This document shows positions 23,801-36,735 of a stretch of DNA of 64,000 bases, in pieces. The notes beneath the pieces were generated by a model. That model saw only the letters and a program-made list of their open reading frames with translations, was not told the DNA's origin and searched no databases. Source of the stretch: Anthoceros angustus (Eukaryota; Plantae; Anthocerotophyta); the NCBI GenBank assembly GCA_010909165.1, contig MU008191.1:248001-312000 (forward strand), written 5' to 3'. Within the stretch, counting starts at the first letter, position 1. Every line of letters begins with the position of its first letter. The position numbers were made by a program, and so were the translations under genes.

Positions 23801-26774
23801 ATGCTCACAAATGACCCATCATCTCTCTTATGTTTGTCAAGGTTATTTGGTGACATGGTGTTCAAGGTACATTTTCTAGATTGATTTGAAAATCGAACAT
23901 AATACTCCATATGAAATTATTTAAGGCCAATATGTATACCTTCTTCCAATTACAAAGGAGGCTATGTTGAGTGGATATTGCAGATGTCTAATGATCTTTC
24001 GGATGAAGATATTCAAAACCTAGTGGACGCATATAAAACACTTTCACGGCGATTACGAAGAAATTCGACAAGTATGTTAGTTTCACTTCAAGGTTTTGAA
24101 CCTCTAGATTTGAAATCTATGCTTGAAAATGTACTCATAGTATGTAAACTATATAATTTTAGCATAAAAGTGCATGTTCAACTGGATATTTTCTGTTTTA
24201 CAATTGTGTGCACATAACTTTTTAGCATAAAATTGCATGTTAAATTAGGTATTTTTTGTTTTACAGTTGTGTGCACAAAACTTTTTATCAGTTCTGAAGG
24301 CTGTTGGTGTTAGGAGATATGCAATGAGTTTACATGTTGTATATCTGCAATTCGTGCAAGATCCTTCAATCTTAGTCCGCACAAACATGGCAGCATCATT
24401 CCTTGAGGTACAATTATACATCATTTAATGTACAATACTTGTTTGAACCATATTTTTTGATTAAAATTTACAAGTAATAATCAATTGATACTTATTATAG
24501 ATTATATCAAACGATATGAAAATACCATGTATCATGTATTAAAGTGGAATCTCTGTAATTGAGTCTGATTATATCGTGAAAACTTTTCACCTCATGATCT
24601 CATTGTAACTTAAAAATCATGACAGTGGCAAATAGGTTTCAAAAATTTTAGGGAAAGAACGAACTGCTACCTACCTTAAAGAGCCTTTCATAATGCTGCT
24701 TAAAGATTCGTCATGTGATGTTCTAAAGGCCTTCCTACCAACTCTTCGAGAAGTCCTAGGTACTGATGTAAATTTGATTCTCATTTTAACATTATATTCT
24801 TTTTTAATGATATGACATGTTGAAGGGTTTGTGTTATATGAAAAGTTCTTTCATAATTATACTAATTTCCCTTCTCTTAAAATAATTTTAGCACAATTTC
24901 TTGTAACAAATCAACAACAAAAAGGCGTTCTATATACTGGACTTATTCCTGCTCTAATTCAAGCTGAAAAAACTGTCAGCCATACAAAACAATGGAGACT
25001 TCAACTTGAACTGATCAATGCCTTTGCCGAATTGATTGTGAGTAATAAAATTTAGTATTTTGCATACAAGCCATATTATCACAGAAAAAGGAAGCAGAAG
25101 ATGTATGTATGATATCTTTAACATTTCAAGAAAACAAAGTACCATAAATCTTGCTTCAGGAATACTTCACAAGCGACCAAATTTATGAATTTTTTGTACC
25201 TATATGCTTTAGATATATGGCCGATGCTTTACTACCCGTGAAAAATGCAGCTACGCTAACATTAGCTATCTTCATCCGGTATGACATATGACATGTGCAG
25301 TACCTAAATGGTTTTGAATATTTTCAAATTATTTTATAACTTAAAGGTGTTACTTTATGTGAATTTTGTATAGTAATAACCGCAAAATTGCACAACGATA
25401 TGAAATGGCACAAAAAGTGGTGAGAGATTATGGACATGCAAGAAGCTATTGGGCACGCCTTTTGTATGTAGATTACTGCCAAAATATGTATAAGTAAGCT
25501 ATGAAAAGATAATCGTTATTATTCTCTAGAGACATTTTAGATTGTTCTTATAACTAGCAAGTTGCAAGTATCTAAAATGCCTAAAAGATTACCCAAGATA
25601 TTTATCCTTCTGCATTTGTACACAGAGTTGCAAGTACTCATATGTTTAAGGAGAATTGCATAGATGCAGCTTTAACAACTCTCCAGGTTTCAATGGTTTC
25701 CTTAGAACATGTGTTTGGACTTCTTTGTGTGGTGAATGATTTGTGGACTACATTTAACACATCCATTCAAAATACTAAAAAAATATAATTTTGCAGGATC
25801 CAGTTCCAAGTGTAAGAATGCGCGCATGTTATCTACTTCCCTTGTTGAAGGCCTCTATAAAACTACCTGAAGATGTTGCTTATCTTGAGCGTGTGAATTT
25901 CTTTACAACTCAAAGATTGAATGATGTGAACCCTCAAGTAGTTGCCATAGCTAAGAGTCTAGCAGACGGTTTGAAGAAGGCAGCCGTGAGAAGTTCAAGA
26001 TTAGAGTCATTCGGCGACTTTCCAGAAGCTCAGGTAGTTTGTCAGAAATTCATGCATTTCATACATAAGAGGAGAACAATGTCTTTTAACTATTAATTTA
26101 AAAATAGATAAAATTTGAAGAAATTGATAAGCAACGCGAGGAAGAAGAATGGAACATGCTTAGCAAGGAGGAGCAAGTAAGACCTCACTTGGCTAGGATC
26201 TCGTTGATTATATCTGAAATCTCCAGAAAAATAAGATAATTAACCCCCCAATCTGACAAAAGTTTTTATCATTGTTTTCTGACAGGATGAGAAAAGGAAG
26301 CTGGATGAAATGTTGCAGCGATTAAAGATGGAATCACAAAAGAAGACTAGCGGATCTGGATCAGTTATGGGAGGCAGTGTGAGTAGCAGTGCGCGTAGTG
26401 CCAGTGCAATTTTGGCTCGCACTCCTTCCACGATGGAGAAGTTGAGCGGTAGCACAAAAGGAAGGGCATCAGCTACAAACCCTGCAGGACCCAACTCGAC
26501 AAGCTCTAGAATCTCTCTCAAGGACAGGAACTCTGTTGGTTATAAAGGAGCAGTGGGGTTTGGGACTGCTTTTAGTCCCTCCGTCACTCCAATTTCTGAA
26601 GCAAGTCCTTCCTTAAGCTCCTCTGTCCCACCCACACCATCTCGTGTAGGGACCGGCACTTCCAAGGACATTGTTGAGCCATCTAATAGTCCGTCTCCTT
26701 CCCTGCCAACTAATAGGACCAGCCAATCCAAGATGAATCTAAAAAGTCCTCAACCAACTCCAAAGAAAACATGA
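20874..26774 (+). CDS. PPP4R4: Ser/Thr protein phosphatase 4 regulatory subunit 4-like HEAT-repeat protein (multi-exon)
   Basis: Spliced exons give SRIVCCRILGAIAP..FLQKAMSFCQ|DTDAEVRICMCEQLNGIARAIG..ELYELLKDEE..AAFESLVQLLDFL, QWRLQLELI and DPVPSVRMRAC..LP.LK, followed by a coiled coil and Ser-rich tail. Introns are GT-AG. The start is inferred. Confidence 0.8.
22325..22385 (+). other. 5S rRNA-derived segment within a ~250-bp intronic insertion
   Basis: ttcattggaactccatagttaagcatccttgagacaaatcagtgcatggatgggtgcc aligns without gaps to the plant 5S core CCCATCAGAACTCCGCAGTTAAGCGTGCTTGGGCGAGAGTAGTACTAGGATGGGTGAC. Confidence 0.7.
23086..24500 (+). repeat. Near-identical ~710-bp tandem duplication of three PPP4R4 exons and their introns
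   Basis: gacccatcatctctcttatgtttgtcaagg occurs at 23101 and ~23814, and gatccttcaatcttagtccgcacaaacatgg at ~23658 and ~24360. Confidence 0.92.
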
Positions 26775-26934
26775 CATGCGATAAAGAAGTGTATGCATTA
26801 GTCGGTCTTTTGGCCATGGAAACCCAACACCTATGGAGACAGCGCATCTATCAACTTTCTCTATTTCTGGATTCGTTCTTCGATGGAGGATCTGCGAGCA
26901 AGGAGACGGTCACGGAGCGCTGGTACGTAGAAGC

Positions 26935-29900
26935 TCATTCACAGGCAAGCTTGTTGTCCAGGCTTGAAAGGCAGATCATGAACGCCTGTACATGCACGGA
27001 GAGGGATTCAGCGTAGATGGGGACAAGACAGGAGTGATAGACTAAGAGAACAATAAGTCCAAGACAACGTGCCTGCAATGCTGACATTGGGTGTTGATAG
27101 TCCATGGTGAAAAAGTTTCGACCCACCTAGAGCCACATGAAAGCCACTTGTCAGAAAGGACCGAAGAGGAATCCTTTCAAGTCAAGTGAAGGATACCTTC
27201 CCAAACTGCAGTATCACATTCTCCTTATCCGATTCCGTCACAAGCTGCAGACGAAAACAGACAATGAGACGGGTTGTCTAAGGGCCAAACTATGTTTGCA
27301 GGAGGGCAAGACTATTTGTTGGTCCTGAGATCCGTAGCTGCACAGACCTGGAAGTTCTTCACAGATGCTCGGGTTACGCGACCGTTGAAGCTTAGGCAAT
27401 AAGCACCAATCTGTGAGACCATCAGAGTCCATCTAAGACATCACTACGTACAGAATTGGTTGACACTGCCAAAAAATAGAGCCTTTCCGACCTCGGGATT
27501 CCACCTTGGTGCCTTGTTATGCATGATAATCATCTTCTCTGTATCCTCCCCCATGTTGTATTTCTCAAGAATAACATGTGAACCATTCTGCTTTGGGGGG
27601 AAGACATAAGGTTTGCCTTCATCATCAACAGTTGGAATGATAGCCACCATTTTGCGGGGCCCTCTCATTCCAAGAACGTTGTGCTGATAACTCACGGCAC
27701 CCAACTCCACTCTCTCGCTAATTTGGAACTGACTGGAAACGCCAAGGTGGATCAAACGTTGAACAGCAAGCAATCTCAGTCCAACGACTTAAAGCATCAG
27801 CTAGCTTCATCGCTCACGATGTTTCGAGCCATGAAGTTCACTGGCTTTACTCAGCTTTCTCAGCAACTGGGCGATACTTCTGTAGAAGCTATCCTATAGG
27901 CATATTATTTGCATATATATTCCAGCTATAGCTACGGTATATCTTGAAAGGAAGCCAGAAGTGCAGACCACTTACTACAACAACTCATTGTCAGGGCTGG
28001 GACGTAGTCCTCTGTCGTAGAACCAAAACTCAGTCCCAAGAAAATTTGATCGCACCTGCACTTCAATGATTTAAATTGAGATGCTCTGATTATCACAGCA
28101 AATCCCTTGCTCGACAGTACTATGTTCGAGTAGCGGTATCGTGGTATATGGGCGGAAATCACCTGACCTTCCCAAAATAATTTCCTGTCCTGTTGCTGAT
28201 CTCGTCTTCATCGAGCGAAACGACGTAATTGCTACATCTGGTATTCTGTTTCTTTCTTGCAGCCAGAAGGAAACGGTCTCCCTCTGATAGATGAAGCTTG
28301 TACCTGAAACGACGTATGCAATTAGACAAACGGTATGGATAAAGCTTGATTCTGCTTCTCCTCCAGCACAAAAGAGGGTGGGTGAGAAATGAACAGTTGT
28401 CCAAGCTGAGAAAAGGAACCGGCTGAGAGACCTTGGACTCGTCCAGTTCGCATGGACTTCTCGCCGGATATGACACTGAATGACACCTCGATCCTTGGGG
28501 CTTGGGCGAATCAGAAAGATCCGGAGATCTGAAATGGCAGTGGAAGGCATCTTCACGCTGCAGGCTGTTGTATCCACATGCTTGTCGGGGTCATAGCATG
28601 GAGTGATTCCTTGATCTAGCAGCCTTCTTCCCAATTCCTACTATCCACAAACCAATGACACCGTTATCAGGGCAGCACCTAGACTACCTTTCAGAATACG
28701 TCTTCCACCAAGTACACCCAAGTTGCAGTGTTTCTGCATTCGGATTGCTGACCTTTGCTTCTTCAGACATTACACAGCCATCTTCAAATGCTGCATTGTC
28801 AAATCGAGTTTGATCTGGCTGCAATGCGACACGATGCAGAATTGAGCCAACCGACTGATTTTCACATTGATCCCACAGCAATACTTCTTGAGCTTCTTAC
28901 AGGGCAGCTTGTGGAAGTCGTGCGCCACTTGAAGGCACCAATGTAATAAGCTACCTGACATGGCTGTAAGTTCTTGGTATGCTGGCTCCTCAGGCTATCA
29001 GGCAGCAATGGCGTAAAATTTGTCTTGTCCAGCTTAGGTGCCACACTGCTTGCGCCAACAGGTTCTCCTCTGCCATCCAAGACAGCGCCCAGCTAAGAAA
29101 CTTGATGGACTCCAGATGTTGTGAGCTTAAGTTTTTCGATTGCAGACTCACATTATTGTAAAATGATGCTTGAGCTAGCTGCACAGTTTCAAGTAAGAGA
29201 CTTATTCACTCAACTGAAACTTGTCTCACAAGAGCAGAGACTCAAAAACCATGGGAATCCACCCACGAACTCTGTGCTACCACAACCCTACCTTCCAGCT
29301 GCTGAGGCTGCACATCCGTCTTGAGTGGTACCAGATAGCCATCCTGTAGCTTGAGTTGAGGAACACAGGCGTGACCTTGGCAGCACAAAGTCGTTGCTTG
29401 CAACCAAATCTGCTACAGAAAACGAGGCTGCCTAAGAACATACTTCAATGCTTTGACTCAAGCTCAGGCAGCAGCTACTTACTTCCAGAGAGTGATCTCT
29501 CCCGCCTCCGACGGGCTGCCAGAACTCTAATCTGTTCGAGTTGCAAGATGTTCCCAGGCTGCATGCAAGGGATGATCTGTGCGCACAAACACCGAATTTC
29601 AATGCGTTATAGGAAAACCTCTAAAATCCGGAATCACCAGGGTCTTCAACGTCAAGCTGTTGAGGAAACTCAAGGGACCATCTGCCAGAACTGTAGCCTA
29701 CCGGTGACTCGCAGAAACTGTCAGTGTCAAGAGACGATGAAAAATCCCCTCCAACCTCGTCGTCATCCAGGTCGTCCTTATCAAACAGTTCATTGTTGTA
29801 ATGCGTTACTGGTGATCAAGACACGTTCAGCAGGTCTCCTATTGTTAGCTCGTCATGCGTAGCACATGCTCTGATGAGACTGTGCGCAATTTCTAGTACC

Positions 29901-30356
29901 GGCAAGATGCATTTTTGTGTGGTCTTGCATGTGAGATTCCTCTTCACACTCGGATTCGACTTCGGATTCCATGTCCATCTCGGATTCCATGTCCATCCCG
30001 GATTCCATGTCCATCCCGGATTCCATGTCCCTCCCAGATTCCATGTCCCTCCCGGATTCCATATCCCTCCTTACACCTGTAGCTTGATACGACTTCTTTC
30101 TACGCAACAACTGTGGACGGTTGGTGATGGATGTATTTCAATTCCAACACTATCTCATGAGGATTTTCGTGAATGGACGGCTAGCAGCTGTCCTCCAAAT
30201 GGCTCAACTGCCACATGCGACCAGAAGGTGCAGACAGTTCCAATCTGTAAACGCTTGTTCAATTTGTGGCAGGCGAAGCAAATGCGCAGCACCTGCGTAC
30301 GTGCTTTGACTACATTTGTTTGAGCCGGCCCCGGAGGTGTACACTAGGTGTGTCAT
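26935..30356 (-). CDS. Tubby-like protein with long low-complexity N-terminus (multi-exon; start uncertain)
   Basis: Motifs PKDRGVIQCHIRRE, YKLHLSEGDRFLLAARK..SNYVVSLD, ELGAVSYQHNVLGMRGPRKM and HNKAPRWN. The canonical C-terminus FTMDYQHPMSALQ|AFMICLSSLDNKLACE* is present. Confidence 0.88.
29955..30068 (-). repeat. 18-bp coding repeat (DMESGx) x6 in the Tubby-like N-terminal region
   Basis: ggattccatgtccatccc-type unit repeated; translation RDMESGRDMESGRDMESGMDMESGMDMESEMDMESE. Confidence 0.85.
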
Positions 30357-30708
30357 GGCTGTGTTTAGGGCTTCATTTCTCTGTGGCTTTTTAACGGTTT
30401 CGCTGACCTTTGTGTCGGATTCACTACGAGCTAGGGTTTGATTGATGTTGATCAGTATCCTCCCTTTGCTTGCTTGCTCGATGGAGGTTCAGCTGATCAA
30501 TGCAAATCGGACCGTGCAGAAACTTGAGTATGTTGTCGCATGAATCCATCACCTCCTGTGGGGATTGTAAATGAGGTAGCTAATACTTGCTGGTCATGTG
30601 TGGTTGTGTGGGGTAGGTGAGGTGTGCCGCAATCTGTGGTCCGATGTTCTACGCTAGAACTCAAAAGGCACCACAACTAGCTGCTTCTGGGAGGTGGGAA
30701 TATCAGTC

Positions 30709-32873
30709 ATGAAGTCGTCTCGCTCAGTCGTGGTTCCCTTGGTGGCTACTGCTGCTGCCGCAGCAGCTACAGTTGCAGGTGAGTTTTGTTTTAGACCATT
30801 GTTCATCGGAGGTTTGGTATACACAGGAGAAGCCTGAAACAATGCTGTGCATTTGTAACCTTGAAATGTGGCTTTGCAGCTTACACATTGATGAGATTAA
30901 GATTTCTACGGATGAAGATTGCACATCTTGAGGTTGCACTAGAACATGCCCAGCAGCAGCGTGCTGCAGAACGTACGGGCCGTATACGAGCTCAGCGTGT
31001 AATAATTTTCTTATCAAGATGATGGATGCAATGGCGTGCAGCTTCGGCCTTGGGTGAACTTAAGGTCCTTGTTGCAGGAGCTAAGGAAATCTTTCGTTAA
31101 CAAAGACATGGGGAGTCCGGGGGATGCTGCATATCCAATGACGCCGATAGGCATTATCCGGTCCTGCTTTACTACGAGGTACTTTCTGTGCTACAGCTGG
31201 TCAAGCACATGGACGGCTTTCAGTCACTTCGTTCCTGATTTTCTCATCTTTGTCTGCAAAATTGCAGAAATGGTACCCCTCGACAGCCATTACTTGTTCC
31301 ACTTGCCAAAGCACACCTGGTTCTCGCTCCCGGTGGAGTTCCTCATGAGGCTCTTGAGGGGCTTGCCCTGTATTCGCATTGCTGGGTTCTGTACGTTTTC
31401 CATGAGAATACAGACCTGCCACGTTTATGGAATAAACCAGCACATCGGGACTTCAGAGCAAAGGTATGTTGACTGCAGTCCTTAGCTCTCTCTTTGTGCA
31501 GGATAAGTGCGTTTCTCCTAGGAGGGCACTAAGCCATATACTGGTTTCTAGGTCTTTTTGATGTATGTCAATCTCAGATTCTATGACGTAGGTACGTGTA
31601 CCCAGACTTGACGGTGGCAAACTGGGAGTTTTTGCAACACGAACCCCACATCGGCCCTGTCCTATTGGACTGTCTGTGGCTAAGGTATGCTCTTCCAATC
31701 ATCCTTGGACAACAGTGGTGGGCAGATCTTCTTCTTTGAAGGGGCTTTCTTGGGCTCCGTGGACCGTTCTAACAAGGGCAACAGGTGGAAGCGGTAAATG
31801 GAGGGACTCTTGTACTTTCTGGCGTTGACCTTGTTGATGGCACGGTATGTAAGCCTTTGTTATCCAAATGCAAAGGTATATCTGGGTTTTATTAACAATT
31901 ATATCATGGTAGACTTAATTTCTTCTTGGGTTGAACAGCCAGTTCTTGACTTGAAGCCATATCTGCCCTACTGTGACTCTATCCCAGGAGCAGGGACACC
32001 AGCATGGGTGAAGGTCCGTGTTGTCTCTTGTCTGGTGCTGCTGTGCTTCTATGTTGTGGTGGTATATATGCAACCACTCCTGCTGTGACTAACTATACTG
32101 AACCTCCGTGGTTGCAAGGCTGGTGGCTCGGATGATGTGCTGGCCATATCTACTGTGAAATTGACTGACCAGTTCAAAACGGAGCTGTTGAGTTGCTGGG
32201 AAACGATGGTAGACTGTTCTCACTTCTACTGTTGGTTATGAAGTGCAAGTCATCATCTACTTCGAGCATCTCAGTGTGGCAGGGTTTGCATTGCACCTAA
32301 CTTTGGCCTATGGAATCCAAATCTGCTGGTTGTTTGTGCCGACTCTTGCAGGGAAAGCAGTCCCTCTACGTCACTCCAAACGAGTTCCAGCTCCTTCTGG
32401 AGCAAGTCCTCTCCAGAGACATACGGTCGTTGAATCAGCGACAGAGGCCTCACAATGCAGTCCTCAACCATCTGATTGATTCAACCGTAGCATCCTCGGA
32501 GACAGATGAGACCTTGGCCAGCTTCTACCACCCATCATTCACAACTGATCCTTCTGACGTCACAGCAAGGAGAACATTGGAAGACGAGTGTGGGTTCTTC
32601 CGTGCGGCAGAGGGTAATGCGATGCTTTCAACATCAGGGTTACCCCCTCTCACCACAAGCCATGGCAAAGACCTGTTCGACAAGAGTAGGGAGAGCCCTC
32701 CCTCACGCAGCTCAGAAGTGCTGGATGGTACACGGAAACATACTGATTCCGCCCCCACGGCCGGGCTTGAAGAGGTGGTCTACCATCTCATCCTTGAGGG
32801 AATCAACATTGCCTACAGCGTGAATTTGGGTGAAGTCCTAGTCACTGGCGCTGCACTGGCACCCAGAAGGTAG
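30709..32873 (+). CDS. TRMO: tRNA m6t6A37 methyltransferase TrmO/TsaA-like (multi-exon)
   Basis: Motifs ERTGRIRAQR, YPMTPIGIIRSCFTTR|NGTPRQPLLVPLA, YSHCWVLYVFHENTD, KVRVPRLDGGKLGVFATRTPHRPCPIGLS, GVDLVDGT|PVLDLKPYLPYCD and EQVLSRDIRS. Confidence 0.92.
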
Positions 32874-33716
32874 GTAGCTATTTACTGTGCCCATCCCTTC
32901 GGTTGGGAAGGTCTCATCTGCGGTCCAGGCTGGACCCGCCACCAACTGGAATGTGCAGGTTTCTCCTTCCATCCATCTGCAGGGCCTTCTTTTTTAATCC
33001 CAGTTGCTGAATCTTGTAACTTGCATCTTGAATCTACAATTTGGTATCGACTGTTGGCTGTTGCCTATTGGCTTTTGGCTTACTACCAGACAACGAGGCC
33101 ATGCATGCGTGGAACCTTGCGGTATCGGCCGTCAGGATTTTCAAACCAGGATGGTGAAACCCAAAACCGACAAACCAACAGCAGTTTCGTTGGGCAGCAC
33201 ATGCCAGGCAGGCTATTTCTCAACGCGCTGCTCTTTCGCGCCTTCGTGGGGTGCTTCCCCTTGCCTCGCTTGACTTACATTCCTACTATCCTTGCATCCC
33301 GTCCTCCGTCGTTTTTGCATTGCGCCTGCAGCTTTGTGTTTGCCTTGATTCGTGAAGAAAGGCGCTTGCGGACGCGGACACATGTTGTTGGGCACGTCTG
33401 CGATCTTGGATCTGGAGCTCTAAGTGCTCCACCGACTCTGCGCGTTGGAGTCTTGAACGGGCGTTGGTACTCTCTCCACTTCCAAGTACCAAATCCCATG
33501 ATAGGAAAATTCCAATCCAAGTAGACTGTAATAGACTCCTTCTTCCTCTTCTTCTAATGTTGGGCGCTTCTTTTTGTCTTGATTGCGCTATGTAGGGCTT
33601 CAACATCGTACCTTTAAATGCAGTGCCCATCTGTAGCTGAGGCAGTTTTGCCCTCTTACCTCCACTCACACTGGGTCGTGTGATTTCAGAAGGGAAGTGG
33701 AGGGCCTGCTTCGGCG

Positions 33717-35270
33717 ATGGGTTCGCTGGGTGAGTACACGCAGCTGGATGATGGGGTTGCTGTCCAGATTCGCAACCGGAGACGGCTGCCAGACTTTCTC
33801 CAATCCGTGAATCTGAAATATGTGAAGCTGGGGTATCATTACCTCATCACCCATCTGCTGACGCTGCTCTTTATCCCGCTCCTTCTGGGCGTGGGGCTGG
33901 AGATTGCTCGGATGGGTTGGGACGAGATCTGGCAGCTTTGGGTCAACCTGCAATTTAATTTGGTCAGTGTGCTGGCCTGCTCTGCGTTGCTGGTATTTGG
34001 GGGCACCATGTACTTCATGTCCAGGCCCAGGCCTGTTTATCTGGTGGACTATTCCTGCTACTTGCCTCCGGATGAGCTGAAAGTGCCATTCAGTATGTTC
34101 ATCGAGAGGTCCAAGCTGGTCGGGGCGTTTGATGACAATACCCTAGAGTTCCAGAGGAAGATCTTGGAGCGGTCGGGGTTGAGTGAGGAGACTTACCTTC
34201 CTCCTGGTTTGCTAAGTGTGCCTGTCAACATCAGCATGAGCAGGGCTCGTGAAGAAGCGGAGGCTGTCATGTTCGGGGCCCTTGATGAACTATTTGCCAA
34301 GACCAAGGTTACTCCCAAGGACGTTGGGGTGCTGGTGGTGAACTGTAGTTTGTTCAATCCCACCCCGTCCCTATCAGCCATGATTGTGAACAAGTATAAG
34401 ATGAGGGGCAACATCAGGACATACAACCTCGGTGGGATGGGATGCAGTGCCAATGTGATCTCTGTCGATCTTGCCAAAGACATGCTGCAGGTTCATGGCG
34501 GCACTTATGCTATTGTGGTCAGCACAGAGAATATCACCCAAAACTGGTACTTCGGAAACGAGCGATCAATGCTCATACCCAACTGTCTTTTCCGGGTGGG
34601 TGGGGCGGCAATTTTGCTGTCCAATCAGAGACGGGATTGGCGACGGGCCAAATACCAGCTTGTCCACACCGTCAGAACCCACAAGGGCTCGGACGATAAG
34701 TGCTTCCGCTGTGTCTACCAAATGCAGGACGAGAAGGAGAAGCTGGGCGTGTCTCTGTCCAAGGACCTGATGGCCATTGCTGGTGACGCTCTGAAAACCA
34801 ACATCACCATCCTGGGCCCACTTGTGCTGCCCCTCTCGGAACAGCTTCTCTTCTTTGCAGTCCTGGTGGGCAGGAAGGTCTTCAACATGAAGATCAAGCC
34901 ATACATCCCCGACTTCAAGCTAGCTTTCGAGCACTTCTGTATCCACGCTGGTGGGCGAGCTGTCATCGATGAGCTAGAGAAGAACTTGCAGCTGTCCAAG
35001 GAACATGTGGAGCCCTCCAGGATGACCTTGTACAGGTTCGGGAACACCTCCTCCTCGTCCATCTGGTACGAGCTGGCCTACTCAGAAGCCAAAGGCAGGG
35101 TTCGCAAGGGTGACAGGGTGTGGCAGATAGCGTTTGGCAGCGGGTTCAAGTGCAACAGTGCTGTCTGGCGTGCTCTCCGCACCATCAAGCCCCCGAAGCT
35201 CTCCCCGTGGACACACTGCATTGACAGGTTCCCTGTCGACATCCCCGACGTGAACCACATAGCCAGATGA
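33717..35270 (+). CDS. KCS: 3-ketoacyl-CoA synthase (very-long-chain fatty acid elongase), intronless
   Basis: 517-aa ORF with [28 protein letters not shown] (catalytic Cys), [26 protein letters not shown] and [16 protein letters not shown]. Confidence 0.97.
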   Translation: MGSLGEYTQLDDGVAVQIRNRRRLPDFLQSVNLKYVKLGYHYLITHLLTLLFIPLLLGVGLEIARMGWDEIWQLWVNLQFNLVSVLACSALLVFGGTMYFMSRPRPVYLVDYSCYLPPDELKVPFSMFIERSKLVGAFDDNTLEFQRKILERSGLSEETYLPPGLLSVPVNISMSRAREEAEAVMFGALDELFAKTKVTPKDVGVLVVNCSLFNPTPSLSAMIVNKYKMRGNIRTYNLGGMGCSANVISVDLAKDMLQVHGGTYAIVVSTENITQNWYFGNERSMLIPNCLFRVGGAAILLSNQRRDWRRAKYQLVHTVRTHKGSDDKCFRCVYQMQDEKEKLGVSLSKDLMAIAGDALKTNITILGPLVLPLSEQLLFFAVLVGRKVFNMKIKPYIPDFKLAFEHFCIHAGGRAVIDELEKNLQLSKEHVEPSRMTLYRFGNTSSSSIWYELAYSEAKGRVRKGDRVWQIAFGSGFKCNSAVWRALRTIKPPKLSPWTHCIDRFPVDIPDVNHIAR

Positions 35271-35742
35271 AATGCTGCAGAGAAATTTCTGCTTAATTCC
35301 TGAACAACTGTTTGTAGAATAGGAAACTGTCCGCCAATTGTTGTCATCGGACAAGGTCACAAATTCACAATCCGTGAGATTGTCGTCTTGTCTCTTTTCA
35401 GCGAGAACAGGATGCTGTAATTCTGTCCAGCGCTGCACACCTCGCCGTGTGTGTTCCTAGTCCAACAAAAAATGAAGTTCCTAGTCTAACCACCATTAAA
35501 GGTTGGAAACGTAAAGGAAACAATTTTTGCTATAATTTATAACACCCAATATTGCACACTCGGTTGGGAGCAGAGACCATGTACATACCCTAGAAACATT
35601 TGACACGGAGGTTGGGGCTCTGAAGAAGCTGGCAGCTTTGACGACCAGAACGTGGTGATCTTGTTTTCTGCTTTTACTCTGCGCACGCCAGTGTCATTGT
35701 TGGCAGGGGATCCTGAAGCGTGTCTCCCTTGATCGTCCAGAG

Positions 35743-36483
35743 ATGGCCCAGGCGCTGGCCAAGGCGTTCGAGCCCATGTGGCTCTGGGCTGCCAAGCGCT
35801 ACCAGGCAGCCGTGGCCAACAGGCTCAAGAAGTACGGTATGTCCGCTTCTCTTGCTGATTTTGTGATGGCGTGGAGGATGTTTGGAGCGTCATTCTGTGG
35901 TTAGGGCAGAGCAGATCGGGAGCAATCTGATGGAGTTGCTTGGTTGCAATCGGTGCCGTTGTGTGTGTGGCGTGGGGATGAAGGTCTGCGGTACGACGAC
36001 TTATATGACCCGCTGTACGATGTGGATATGGAGGAGGCGTTGAATCGGTTGCCTCAAGAGGAGCTGGATTTGCGTAATCAGCGCCTGAAGCGTGCGACTG
36101 ATCTTTCCATGAAGCACATCTACTTGCCGAAAGATCTTCAGGTTAGTGGTTGTTTGTGCTGGTTTAGCTGAAACTGAGTGTGGAAGTCCTGAGTCTGCCG
36201 CCATCTTCGTGAAGGGCAAGTGGTCATGTCGGTTTTGGCATTGCTGAATAACGTAGGGTTTCGTTTATGCTTATTGATTGCAGGCCAAGCAGACTCCCTT
36301 TGCCTTCTACGCCCGAGATGCGATAGCGCAGGTGAGGCTCACTCTGTTTATGCATGTCGATGTCAGGCTTGGAAATTGCGGTTGGTGTAATGAGCCTTTT
36401 CATCGTTTCTGCAGGTGAAGGCGGAGAGGGCGGAACGCGAACAGCTAGGGACCGAGACATCTTACTCTCGACAGATACCTTGA
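35743..36483 (+). CDS. QCR7: Cytochrome bc1 complex subunit 7 (4 exons)
   Basis: MAQALAKAFEPMWLWAAKRYQAAVANRLKKY|GLRYDDLYDPLYDVDMEEALNRLP..RNQRLKRATDLSMKHIYLPKDLQ|AKQTPF..|VKAERAEREQLG..RQIP*. Confidence 0.95.
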
Positions 36484-36735
36484 TAGCACCCGTTTTTCCG
36501 GATTCTTTGCTTCAAGCTGAAGCTATGGCTTGAACGAATAAGCTCTTGTGTTTCACGGATTGCTGTCGATTGCTTCTGCGAAGCAAGTAGCCAAACAATG
36601 TTTTCAAATAAATGTAGTTTACACAGGCAAAACAGTCGTATGTACATGACGAATGGATCCAGAGACTCCGGCGTGTAAATAACAGCTGCCACGCTTGAGA
36701 CCTGATCAAATCGACGGTGCCCAGGTTGAGCGCAA

